From a virus (lineage: Duplodnaviria > Caudoviricetes), in the IMG/VR virus record IMGVR_UViG_3300014656_000003, positions 1-60,110 of that record: a stretch of DNA of 60,110 nt. One strand, written 5' to 3'. How positions within the stretch are numbered: position 1 is the stretch's first letter; each line of letters starts with the position of its first letter. Positions 17,873-25,881 of the stretch are shown here, in pieces. A program made the position numbers and the translations under genes. Below the pieces are notes generated by a model. It searched no databases. It had not been told where the DNA came from and saw only the letters and a program-made list of their open reading frames with translations.

Positions 17873-18101
17873 CCGAAACCATCCATTTCAATATCCGTAA
17901 ACGCACTTCCACCCTGCGGATCTCCGCCAGGACCTCATCATTACTCTTTTTGAGCCATCTCTTCTCATAGGAATCCAGAACGGTGCAGGGTTTACAGATA
18001 TTGTGAGGGGACCCGTTTTTTCTCAAATAGCAGTTATTGAGATCAATCGGTTTTTTGCAGTAAGCACAATGCACTTTATTAGGTTTTTTTAATGTTCTCA
18101 C
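17859..18101 (-). CDS. Zn-finger hypothetical protein
   Basis: CAYC...CKPC. Confidence 0.55.
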   Translation of the reverse strand: MRTLKKPNKVHCAYCKKPIDLNNCYLRKNGSPHNICKPCTVLDSYEKRWLKKSNDEVLAEIRRVEVRLRILKWMVSDVGD

Positions 18102-18203
18102 CTTCTCACCTTCTCACCCTCTCACCCTCTCACCTTCTCACCTTCCCACCTTCTCACCCTCTCACCTTCCCACCTTCCCACCTTCCCACCTTCTCACCTT
18201 CTA
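18095..18203. repeat. 8-mer tandem array (CCTTCTCA/CCCTCTCA/CCTTCCCA)n, about 13 units
   Basis: Directly visible; fills the gap between two genes. Confidence 0.95.
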
Positions 18204-18625
18204 TCTTTCATGTGCCACTTATGAACCTTGGCCAGAACGTTCGACTGCCAGTCCTGCAGTTCTTTCCGGTCCGGGCTCCGGGCTGCGAGGGGACCGCGTA
18301 ATCCATCCATGACCATGTTGAATGCAAACAAGGGGTACTTCTCGGTATGCGGCCAGTTATCGCCGACATATTTTGCCCTCAGATCCGGATCCTTCTCTTC
18401 GTAGATTTCACTCACAAAAATGACCCGGGGCATAACAATGATCGCTTTTTCAACCTTGCACACAACATTTGACTCCACCAGACTCAGATAACTCTCGTCC
18501 TCTTCCACGCCCAAGACCTCGATCCTGGCATTGGGAGACAATATCTCCGCCATGCGATCGAGGTCCTCTTGCGTGGTCGCCGGCTCTTCACCCTCCGGAA
18601 GTCTTAACCTGTAAAGATAATTCAT
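18194..18625 (-). CDS. Hypothetical protein
   Basis: AGGAGG RBS; 143 aa. Confidence 0.7.
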   Translation of the reverse strand: MNYLYRLRLPEGEEPATTQEDLDRMAEILSPNARIEVLGVEEDESYLSLVESNVVCKVEKAIIVMPRVIFVSEIYEEKDPDLRAKYVGDNWPHTEKYPLFAFNMVMDGLRGPLAARSPDRKELQDWQSNVLAKVHKWHMKDRR

Positions 18626-18732
18626 GATCTCACCTCCTTTCTCTTCTAAGTAGTCCTCGAATATTCACAATATCTCTCAAAAGCCTTCGGCATATTAAGA
18701 TTGACGTTTCACCCATTTCCATATCCCTGAAG

Positions 18733-18888
18733 CTACAAGGTATTCAAAACATCCTCGGATTCCCGTGCCTCAGCATCGAAATAGCCATCTTCCCACTCGT
18801 CGAATTCTGCCTCACGAGGGTCATAGGGATTCATTTTCAACTCATGCTCTTGGTAATACGTTTCTTCCCCTTCTTCATATGCCCCCAA
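18733..18888 (-). CDS. 51-aa acidic protein with Rmf/CrpP-like motif
   Basis: Manual translation from TTG: MGAYEEG...NPYDPREAEFDEWEDGY; GGAGG RBS. Confidence 0.5.
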   Translation of the reverse strand: MGAYEEGEETYYQEHELKMNPYDPREAEFDEWEDGYFDAEARESEDVLNTL

Positions 18889-19056
18889 TTCAAGCCCTCC
18901 TTTTCCCCCAACCTTCTATTCTCACCCTCTGATTTTCTATCCCTCTAATCTTCTGTTTTCCTTAAGGTATACCTATGTCACACCATTTTCCCCGGATGTG
19001 TACCCAAGGTATACCGATGTATCCCGAGGTATACCTCGACAGGCAAAAAAAACTGA

Positions 19057-19302
19057 TTACCCTTTATTAAAAAGATCTTGGAGCTTTTCATCACCACGAA
19101 GCTCTGCCATAAAGATCTCGCCAAAGGCCTTCTGCATTCCCTCGAGGACAAACTGATACGCTAACTTGGCCCTTTCGGTTCCAAACCGTTCAGCTTGTTC
19201 GTCTAATCTATTAATGAATTCTTCAGAGCAGGGGATGGATAAGCGGCAGGTTTTTTTGCCCGTGATGATCTTGGATTTAAGGTCGAGTTTAATTTGATCC
19301 AT
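19057..19302 (-). CDS. Ribbon-helix-helix-like protein
   Basis: RLSIPCSEEFINRLDEQAERFGTERAKLAYQFV pattern. Confidence 0.6.
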   Translation of the reverse strand: MDQIKLDLKSKIITGKKTCRLSIPCSEEFINRLDEQAERFGTERAKLAYQFVLEGMQKAFGEIFMAELRGDEKLQDLFNKG

Positions 19303-19398
19303 ATTTACACCTCAAAAAAAATAAATAATTTGACTTTGTCTCAAAGCAGGGGCATACAGGAATATGGATTAATCCGAGAAAATCGATTCTCGTCTATT

Positions 19399-19683
19399 TC
19401 ATGTGGTAGTTTTCAATGTCTCACGATATTTCTGCAACGCCTCAGCGTTGCCTTTAGACTTAGAGCTATAAAAGGGATTTTTTCCGAACCGGAAATCGAA
19501 TAAGGGGCACATTTTATCAGTGCAGCCTTTGACATCATCGAAAGGCCTCCCCGAATCTTTGTGCCGGCGATCCCAGCCCATACATTCAAAACAAAAAAAA
19601 CGGATCGCCTGGAGCGGCTTTCTTGATTTTTTAGGGTAAAATTCCATTAAGGGATTTAATTTTCCTGGTTTGATTCCAGCCAC
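19399..19683 (-). CDS. Zn-binding conserved phage protein (start uncertain)
   Basis: PLQAIRFFCFECMG...CTDKMCPLFDFRFG. Confidence 0.65.
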   Translation of the reverse strand: MAGIKPGKLNPLMEFYPKKSRKPLQAIRFFCFECMGWDRRHKDSGRPFDDVKGCTDKMCPLFDFRFGKNPFYSSKSKGNAEALQKYRETLKTTT

Positions 19684-19844
19684 TTAATTACTTTTTCGGC
19701 CTCAAAACGAATATACCTGCCGCACTTAACATGCGGTAACTGAGCCGAGCCCTTAAGTTTGGTCCTGTAATACACCCAGGACCGGGGGACCTTCAGGAAT
19801 TCGGTCACCTCATCAACCGTTATTAGTTTTGTATTCAGATCCAT
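19656..19844 (-). CDS. Excisionase/Cox-like HTH protein, first gene of the lytic operon
   Basis: LITVDEVTEFLKVPRSWVY...LPHVKCGRYIRF; divergent from the repressor. Confidence 0.85.
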   Translation of the reverse strand: MDLNTKLITVDEVTEFLKVPRSWVYYRTKLKGSAQLPHVKCGRYIRFEAEKVIKWLESNQEN

Positions 19845-19854
19845 TTACATCAAC

Positions 19855-19916
19855 CTTCTTGAGTTAGGTTTATTGGCACGTCTGGACTATTTTATATAAC
19901 TCAAGAAGTTTGTCAA
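19855..19916 (-). promoter_or_regulatory. Lytic promoter and putative operators of the genetic switch
   Basis: TTGACA-N16-TAAAAT on minus; 12-bp inverted repeat CTTCTTGAGTTA (19855-19866) / TAACTCAAGAAG (19897-19908), one arm lying in the promoter spacer. Confidence 0.7.
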
Positions 19917-19947
19917 GGAAAAATATCACCCAGGAAGATTATTTCAC

Positions 19948-20610
19948 ATGAATACACATTTTGGAACCAGGCTAAAAGAAGTCAGAAAAGATGTAAAATT
20001 AACTCAGGAAGATTTTGCCAGGGAAATCGGTGTCAAAGGACCTCATATTTCCCAGCTTGAAAAAGGCAAGAGTAATCCATCCGATCAATTCATTAAATCC
20101 ATATGCCACCGGTTTTCTGTAAATGAACCCTGGCTTGTTAAAGGAGAAGGGGAGAAGTATATCTCTTTGAGAGAAGTGGCGAGAGAACATGTCCTTGGGA
20201 TACCGCCGCAGGCTAAAGACGATGAAGGCCTGTGGGGCAAAACCCGGCATCATGAAGCCAAGGGCGAGCACTTCGCTGTCACCGAATTTGAACCAAGAAA
20301 AGAGGATTTAGATTACGACGATCCGGCCATCAAGACTTTTGCGGAGCTGAAAAAGGTTTTTGAGCTGGATTCCCCCGAAATCCGAGATGCCATACTCGGA
20401 CGGTTCCGGGATGTCGCCTTCATATCCCGTCTATTGATAGACTATCAAGACCTTAAAAAAGATCACCTGTCCCTACGCAATAGGCTGGATAAGGTATTAT
20501 TGGTTCTCAAGAGAGTTGAAGATATCCTTGTAGAAGGGAAATTACCCGAAAACATTGAAGAGAGACGCGAGACCTGGGTCGCAATGAAAAAGGCAATAGG
20601 CATCGATTGA
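19948..20610 (+). CDS. CI-like XRE repressor
   Basis: RLKEVRK...LTQEDFAREIGV...ISQLEKGKSNPS...VNEPWLVKGEG; no S24 peptidase domain evident. Confidence 0.9.
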   Translation: MNTHFGTRLKEVRKDVKLTQEDFAREIGVKGPHISQLEKGKSNPSDQFIKSICHRFSVNEPWLVKGEGEKYISLREVAREHVLGIPPQAKDDEGLWGKTRHHEAKGEHFAVTEFEPRKEDLDYDDPAIKTFAELKKVFELDSPEIRDAILGRFRDVAFISRLLIDYQDLKKDHLSLRNRLDKVLLVLKRVEDILVEGKLPENIEERRETWVAMKKAIGID

Positions 20611-20626
20611 AAGACATCAATCCAAA

Positions 20627-21697
20627 ATGCCAGTTTATACCAAAAAAAACCTCCTCTACTGTGTCTACTGCGACGGCCCCAAACGGATTTGGGAACCCTT
20701 TGGCAAAGACACCCCCCAAAATCGCGCGGCCGCCGAAGCCCGGGACTTTGAGATAAAGGCACGGAAAAAGCGGGGAGCATGGCACCCGTCTACCTACAGC
20801 CTCATCACCTTCCGTGATCTTGCCCAGGCGTACATCGATGAGCGGGCTCCCGAACTGGCCAAAAACACCGTTGATTGTATATTCTACACCCTGACCGCTT
20901 ACGTTCCGGACGACCTCCAGAAAACGTCCATCAGCCGGATCACCCTGGCCGACTGGACCCGGATCCAGCAGCAAATGATCAAGGCCGGCGCCCAGGGCAA
21001 AAAACTCAAATTAGGAACCATCAATAAATATTTCCACTACCTGGACAAGATATGGCGGTGGGCAATAGAAGGCAATGACCCGTCGCTCATCGATCGAAAC
21101 CCCTGGGAGAGGAGAAAACGACTGAGCGATCGCCGGGAACGCCAGAAAACCCGCCTCCGTCTCCTCAGCCTGGCCGACCTGAAGCGGATCATTGCCTTTT
21201 CCGCCCCTCACCTCGCCTGGAGCCTGGCCGTGGCGTACTACACCGGCGCAAGGACGGGACCGACCGAACTCTTTGCGCTACAGTGGAAACACGTAGACTG
21301 GGGGCGCGGGGGAATCAGGATCCCCGGCACCAAAACCGTCCGCAGTCGGCGCTGGCAGTTCCCGGACAAACAATTCATGCCATGGCTCCGGATGCGCTAC
21401 GATTACGACCAAGAGAAATACCCCGACTGCCCGTGGATCTGCCACTACCGCGGCGAACCCATAAGCTCCCTCAAGACCGCCTGGCGAACCGCTAAAAAGA
21501 AAGCCGGCATAACGAAGCGGATCCGAATTACGGATATCCGCCATTTTCACATCACCTACGCCCTGGCGGGCGGCGCCGACATCATGGACCTGGCCGAGCG
21601 CGTCGGCCACTCCAACGCCCGGATGATCATCGATGTCTACGCCCACCTGGCCAAAGACATCCAAACAAACCAGCCCCACAACATCCCAAAACTGTAG
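20627..21697 (+). CDS. int: Tyrosine integrase
   Basis: YTGAR, TK, DIRH, GH and YAH catalytic motifs; adjacent to a tRNA-derived attP. Confidence 0.93.
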   Translation: MPVYTKKNLLYCVYCDGPKRIWEPFGKDTPQNRAAAEARDFEIKARKKRGAWHPSTYSLITFRDLAQAYIDERAPELAKNTVDCIFYTLTAYVPDDLQKTSISRITLADWTRIQQQMIKAGAQGKKLKLGTINKYFHYLDKIWRWAIEGNDPSLIDRNPWERRKRLSDRRERQKTRLRLLSLADLKRIIAFSAPHLAWSLAVAYYTGARTGPTELFALQWKHVDWGRGGIRIPGTKTVRSRRWQFPDKQFMPWLRMRYDYDQEKYPDCPWICHYRGEPISSLKTAWRTAKKKAGITKRIRITDIRHFHITYALAGGADIMDLAERVGHSNARMIIDVYAHLAKDIQTNQPHNIPKL

Positions 21698-21814
21698 TTT
21701 TGTTAATCAAAAATAAACATTTCCAAAATCTTCATTCTTCTAAAATCAAGATCTTGCCCCCGGTCCCAATCCTGTAAGTTTTACTGAAACTGTAGATATA
21801 TGTGTAGATCAAAC

Positions 21815-21841
21815 AAAAAAGGCCGCCCGTTAAGGCGGCCT
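21815..21841 (-). terminator. Terminator hairpin downstream of the tRNA 3' end
   Basis: AGGCCGCC-TTAAC-GGGCGGCC-TTTTT. Confidence 0.7.
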
Positions 21842-21857
21842 AAGTATTTGATTTAAT

Positions 21858-21903
21858 TGGTGGAGCTGATCGGGATCGAACCGACGACCTCATGAATGCC
21901 ATT
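21858..21903 (-). tRNA. 3' half of tRNA-Ala(GGC) = attP core (not a full tRNA)
   Basis: AATGGCATTCATGAGGTCGTCGGTTCGATCCCGATCAGCTCCACCA: anticodon loop GGC, T-arm GGTTCGATCC, CCA end; the 5' half is absent. Confidence 0.9.
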
Positions 21904-22015
21904 AATGGTATATGCCGCCATTACACCATAACTATCTGATTTTGTTAGGCGTGACTTTCTTTTAATGCCGTTTTGCGCCGTTAAAAAGAGCCTCGACTGT
22001 AGATTAAGTGTAGAT

Positions 22016-22576
22016 CTACCCTTGGGTATTTTTAGCGGGCCCCAGGGCGAGGAGCTGGGTCTTGTCCTGGCTCGACCTACTGGACCCGAAGAAATACTGC
22101 AGCACGGTACCGAATCCCGTGGCCAAACCGCCGAACAGCATAAAAACCACTTTGCTGGAGCCATCCGGAAGCGGATTAAACATCAACACCCCACACAATA
22201 TAAAAAACCCGAAGATCACCGTCCAGGCGAGGACATAGAGGTTAATGTCTTTCGTCCCGGTGGCCTGGGTGATCTTGACCTCCCGATTCCGGGCATCGGC
22301 ACGGTCGGCTAAGTTCATCCGCTCCTGTTCGAGGATAATTTTCTGGAGCTCGATTTTGGTGTTAGCCTCGATCTCCCTCAGCTTGATAGCCGCCGCGGGA
22401 TCCCCCTGGATGGCCTGCATGATCGTATCCGGAGATATTGCCTCCTCCTCAATACCAAAGGCTGACGCAATCAATGATACAACTCCTCCAATGGCCCCGC
22501 CTACGGGCCCCCCAAGGGCAGTGCCCAAGATGGGTGCAAACTTCTTTACTGCCCCACCTACATCTTTCCAGTCCAT
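22016..22576 (-). CDS. Holin-like membrane protein
   Basis: APILGTALGGPVGG...DRADARNRE...two TM segments...YFFGSS; follows the endolysin. Confidence 0.75.
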   Translation of the reverse strand: MDWKDVGGAVKKFAPILGTALGGPVGGAIGGVVSLIASAFGIEEEAISPDTIMQAIQGDPAAAIKLREIEANTKIELQKIILEQERMNLADRADARNREVKITQATGTKDINLYVLAWTVIFGFFILCGVLMFNPLPDGSSKVVFMLFGGLATGFGTVLQYFFGSSRSSQDKTQLLALGPAKNTQG

Positions 22577-22579
22577 GTC

Positions 22580-23002
22580 TTAAACCTCCTCTAATTTATT
22601 CCTGAACAAATCCAGGTCAAAATATTTTCCAGGGCAGCTCTTGGGCGCAAACTCATAGTGCCCGTAGACATTCTCTCCTGGAATACTGTAAACCTTCATC
22701 AACCATCTCACCAGCTTGAGACACAGCTCCCACTGATCAGGAGGCGGGGTCACCAAGTCATAATTCCCCACACAACAGACCCCGATAGCCTCCCTGTTCA
22801 TCCCTTTGCAGTGGGCTCCGGTCTCGTCCGGAAAGCGCCCGAACAGGACCTCCTGTTTGTCCTTCACCTGCTCGATCCCGAAGTGATACCCGATATCACG
22901 CCATCCCAGGTGTTCCGTGTGATATCTCCGGATCGCGCTCCAGCTCACGGTCCGGCTGTCTTTGGTCAGACTATGATGTATGATGATGTGTTTCGGTTCC
23001 AT
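22580..23002 (-). CDS. Endolysin, N-acetylmuramoyl-L-alanine amidase (Amidase_2/T7-lysozyme-like)
   Basis: IIIHHS, GWRDIGYHF, GAHC, GH, KSCPG. Confidence 0.93.
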   Translation of the reverse strand: MEPKHIIIHHSLTKDSRTVSWSAIRRYHTEHLGWRDIGYHFGIEQVKDKQEVLFGRFPDETGAHCKGMNREAIGVCCVGNYDLVTPPPDQWELCLKLVRWLMKVYSIPGENVYGHYEFAPKSCPGKYFDLDLFRNKLEEV

Positions 23003-23017
23003 TTTGCCTTTCCACCT

Positions 23018-23353
23018 TTATTCCTTGTTTTTTATTAGAAAACCCTGAAACTGGTCCAGTTTATTACCAAAATCATCAAACCTTCTACCTAATTCATCGA
23101 ACTTCCGCCGGCCGTTTTCGAGATCCTTCTCGATCAGCTCCTTAAGGTGCAACAAGTCCTTCTCGTGAGCCTTTACTATTCCCTCGTGCGCCGTCTTGCA
23201 ATGCCTCTCCAGTTCCGAGAAATTCACAAACTTGTCATTTCCGACAACCAGAATTTTCCCTTTTTCCATACCGTTCCGCTCCTTTCTGTAGAGATGCCAG
23301 GCAGCCCCCAATGCAGCTACGGCCTGCGCGATGATAACCCAGTTAATATCCAT
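23018..23353 (-). CDS. Membrane-anchored coiled-coil protein (lysis-associated?)
   Basis: N-terminal TM segment plus coiled coil; directly upstream of the endolysin. Confidence 0.6.
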   Translation of the reverse strand: MDINWVIIAQAVAALGAAWHLYRKERNGMEKGKILVVGNDKFVNFSELERHCKTAHEGIVKAHEKDLLHLKELIEKDLENGRRKFDELGRRFDDFGNKLDQFQGFLIKNKE

Positions 23354-23981
23354 GGTATTTTACTTCCCCTGTCACATCATCCCGGTACCTCTCTTCCAGG
23401 TCTTTGATGGCATCCGTCAACCCATCCTTATCCATCCGGAGATACATGGCTGTCATGAGGGCCTGGTCGTGAAAGTTGATGACTTCTGTCCGGCCGGGTG
23501 GGACCTTTCCGACATTCCATTTGCTTTTGGATTGATATCCTCCGTTATTGTGCCAGAACCTCCCGAGTCGCCAGTAGGCCCATGTTCGGAACAAAAGCCA
23601 GATAAAGGCCACAATGGCCAGGACTATCATGGAAATGGTCATGGCCCGGTCCCAACCGAGCACCACGTATTTCACAAACGCCACGATGGCCAGGACCTCC
23701 GCCATCGTGGTAATCTTGAAGCTCTGGACAATAGCCAGGCCCTGGTGATACCAGTATTCCCAGGCAGTAAATTTATCGATCGCCCTTTTTCTGCTCAGCT
23801 TCGGAACCTTTCCCCTGATCCGCTCACGCAGTTTGTCTCTTGCCAACTTTAGCCCCCTTTGCCTGTACGATAATATCGACATAATCCAGATGTTTTTCGA
23901 CCCGCTTCTTGCCCAGGATGGCCATGTTGTCCCAGGGCAGGAGGTCCAGTGCCTGGTTATATGCCGCGTTGGCCAGCACAT
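23343..23981 (-). CDS. Membrane protein; true start probably near 23840-23880
   Basis: Two TM segments; the track's 5' extension overlaps the upstream gene. Confidence 0.55.
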   Translation of the reverse strand: MCWPTRHITRHWTSCPGTTWPSWARSGSKNIWIMSILSYRQRGLKLARDKLRERIRGKVPKLSRKRAIDKFTAWEYWYHQGLAIVQSFKITTMAEVLAIVAFVKYVVLGWDRAMTISMIVLAIVAFIWLLFRTWAYWRLGRFWHNNGGYQSKSKWNVGKVPPGRTEVINFHDQALMTAMYLRMDKDGLTDAIKDLEERYRDDVTGEVKYHGY

Positions 23982-25434
23982 GAGCGCCGTTGAAGTAGGC
24001 TATATCTCCCATGCCTCTGTATAGCCACCACAGCAACAGATCCCCGTCATAGTGTTCTATGGCCTTGACTGTATGGACCCAGGCCGTCACAAAATGACCT
24101 TCCTTGCTGCAGTGGTCGGCGGCCAGGCTGTTGGCGTGGGTACTCCGTGGATCCAGCCGGAGACATCTCGTCAGGTCCGTCGTCGTCTTTTTCGCATAGT
24201 ACCTGTTCAGATAAAATGACCACAGAGCGCGTTTTATGATGTAGCGGTATACCAGACACCCTATTGCAAAATAGAGCACAGCGACGAGGGGCAGGGTCCC
24301 CGATAAATCTATTTTAAGGCCATATCCCTGCCACGCGCACCCGATCATGGCCCAGAACACGAGGTTGAGGGCCGGGATGTGGAGGGCGTGGAAGAAGAGC
24401 CCGTTTCCCGCGATCGCGGCGATCACCGCGAGGATAAGATACCCCTCGCTTCCGCCTCCCGATGCCGCCGCCACGGCCGTGGCCGTTACAGCGCCCAGGA
24501 GAAGGAGCCCCGGGATCCCGTTGTCAAGTACCGCCTGGAGGGCGTCGTTATGTGCCAGCTTCGGCCAGGGATCCTGGTAGTTCTCTTTTCGCAGGAACTC
24601 GCCGGCGGTCCGTTTGTGGATGTCCCCCTGGATACGTGCGACCGTAAGTTTCCAGCACCTGAATCCTACCCCTGTCACGGGGCTCCTCCTTATCTGCTCC
24701 ACGGCCACCCGCCAGTAGTTCATCCGCTCCTTAAGGGTATGCTGATTGAAGAGGAAGAAGGCGCCCCCGAAGGGCAGCACGAGCATGAAAACGATCGGGT
24801 TATGGAGTCCGGCCAGGAGCAGGGCTCCGATACCGACTCCCATGAATGCGGCCCGGCATTTCGTCCGCCACATGGCGAAGAGGATAACAGCGCCGGCAAA
24901 GGCCCAGAAAAAGGACTGGGCCGCCGCCAAGTGCGCGGCCATGAGGGCGTGCGGGGCAAGGTATGCCGCCAGGTGGTTCGGATTCCCGATGAGCCCGGCA
25001 GGCTCGAACTGTTTGCGGTACCTGATTTTATTGTGAAGTTTTATCCTGAAGACGTTATGGATTATGGCGACCAGGGCGTTGAGCGTGGCCATGGCCGTGA
25101 AGGCCTCGATGACGGTCAAGGCTTCCACGCCGGCCAGGAGAAAAACCCCAAGGAAGACACTGAATCCGTATATAAGGGTCCACCGGATGGCGTTATCGTT
25201 CCTCTCGGATCCCGCGGCACACACGAACCACCAGATCACCATCGCGGATGCCAGGACCGCCGTGCCGGCCGGCACCTGGATCACCGGCCCGGAATAGAGC
25301 CAGGCCCCCAGGAGCAGGTGCCCCGCCACACACAGAAACGTATTCCTGGGGATGGAGAAGGGCTGAGCAAATACCCCGTTCGTGATCAGCACCATGTATG
25401 TGCACGCCGTAATTAGCGCAAAAATCTCAATCAT
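23824..25434 (-). CDS. O-antigen ligase (Wzy_C/WaaL/PglL-like) family membrane protein with C-terminal TPR-like region
   Basis: About 12 TM segments; GNPNHLA, TKCRAA, ERMNYW...PVTGVG, AHNDALQ...GIPG motifs. Confidence 0.85.
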   Translation of the reverse strand: MIEIFALITACTYMVLITNGVFAQPFSIPRNTFLCVAGHLLLGAWLYSGPVIQVPAGTAVLASAMVIWWFVCAAGSERNDNAIRWTLIYGFSVFLGVFLLAGVEALTVIEAFTAMATLNALVAIIHNVFRIKLHNKIRYRKQFEPAGLIGNPNHLAAYLAPHALMAAHLAAAQSFFWAFAGAVILFAMWRTKCRAAFMGVGIGALLLAGLHNPIVFMLVLPFGGAFFLFNQHTLKERMNYWRVAVEQIRRSPVTGVGFRCWKLTVARIQGDIHKRTAGEFLRKENYQDPWPKLAHNDALQAVLDNGIPGLLLLGAVTATAVAAASGGGSEGYLILAVIAAIAGNGLFFHALHIPALNLVFWAMIGCAWQGYGLKIDLSGTLPLVAVLYFAIGCLVYRYIIKRALWSFYLNRYYAKKTTTDLTRCLRLDPRSTHANSLAADHCSKEGHFVTAWVHTVKAIEHYDGDLLLWWLYRGMGDIAYFNGAHVLANAAYNQALDLLPWDNMAILGKKRVEKHLDYVDIIVQAKGAKVGKRQTA

Positions 25435-25625
25435 GACCGTCTCTTCTTCTGTAGAAAATTTTTTAGTTCATCCATTTTAATTTCGCGTTTGCGCCTATAA
25501 TAATCATAGCGTATCGTTCCGTTTTTTGTGACAACTATCGTCCCTCTTATGCCTTTAGGCTTATAACGGACAATAGTGCCCGGTTCCCATTCTCGCTTTA
25601 CTTTATTTAACAGACCGATCCGCAT
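25431..25625 (-). CDS. Small basic hypothetical protein
   Basis: GGAGG RBS; ATGA overlap; AT-rich. Confidence 0.55.
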   Translation of the reverse strand: MRIGLLNKVKREWEPGTIVRYKPKGIRGTIVVTKNGTIRYDYYRRKREIKMDELKNFLQKKRRS

Positions 25626-25668
25626 GTTTAGCCTCCCTGTATAGGAAACGGCCTGTCGTCCTTCAATG

Positions 25669-25699
<31 letters not shown>

Positions 25700-25881
25700 A
25701 ATCCCTTTCTCCCATCATGCCGCCTCACCTGCACCCATGACATCCCGAACACTGCCTGCAAACGATTTTCTTCTCACCCAGGATAATCTCCAAAGGAAAT
25801 CTCATGGTCTCATTTTTCTTCAGCATGGGCTTTTCATACCTCACCTTCTCACCTTCTCACCTTCTCATCTTCTAATCCCTT

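Larger units (their letters stand above)
21791..22015. promoter_or_regulatory. attP region with putative integrase arm-type sites
   Basis: Paired TGTAGAT repeats at 21791/21803 and 21998/22009 flank the tRNA fragment. Confidence 0.7.

Noticed and set aside
20627-21697. Integrase as an integron integrase (IntI)
   Set aside because: No evident IntI-specific insertion before the HxxR-equivalent (DIRH) region; it is adjacent to a tRNA attP and about 7 kb from the attC array.
21858-21935. Complete phage tRNA gene
   Set aside because: No D-arm or 5' acceptor strand upstream of the anticodon loop.
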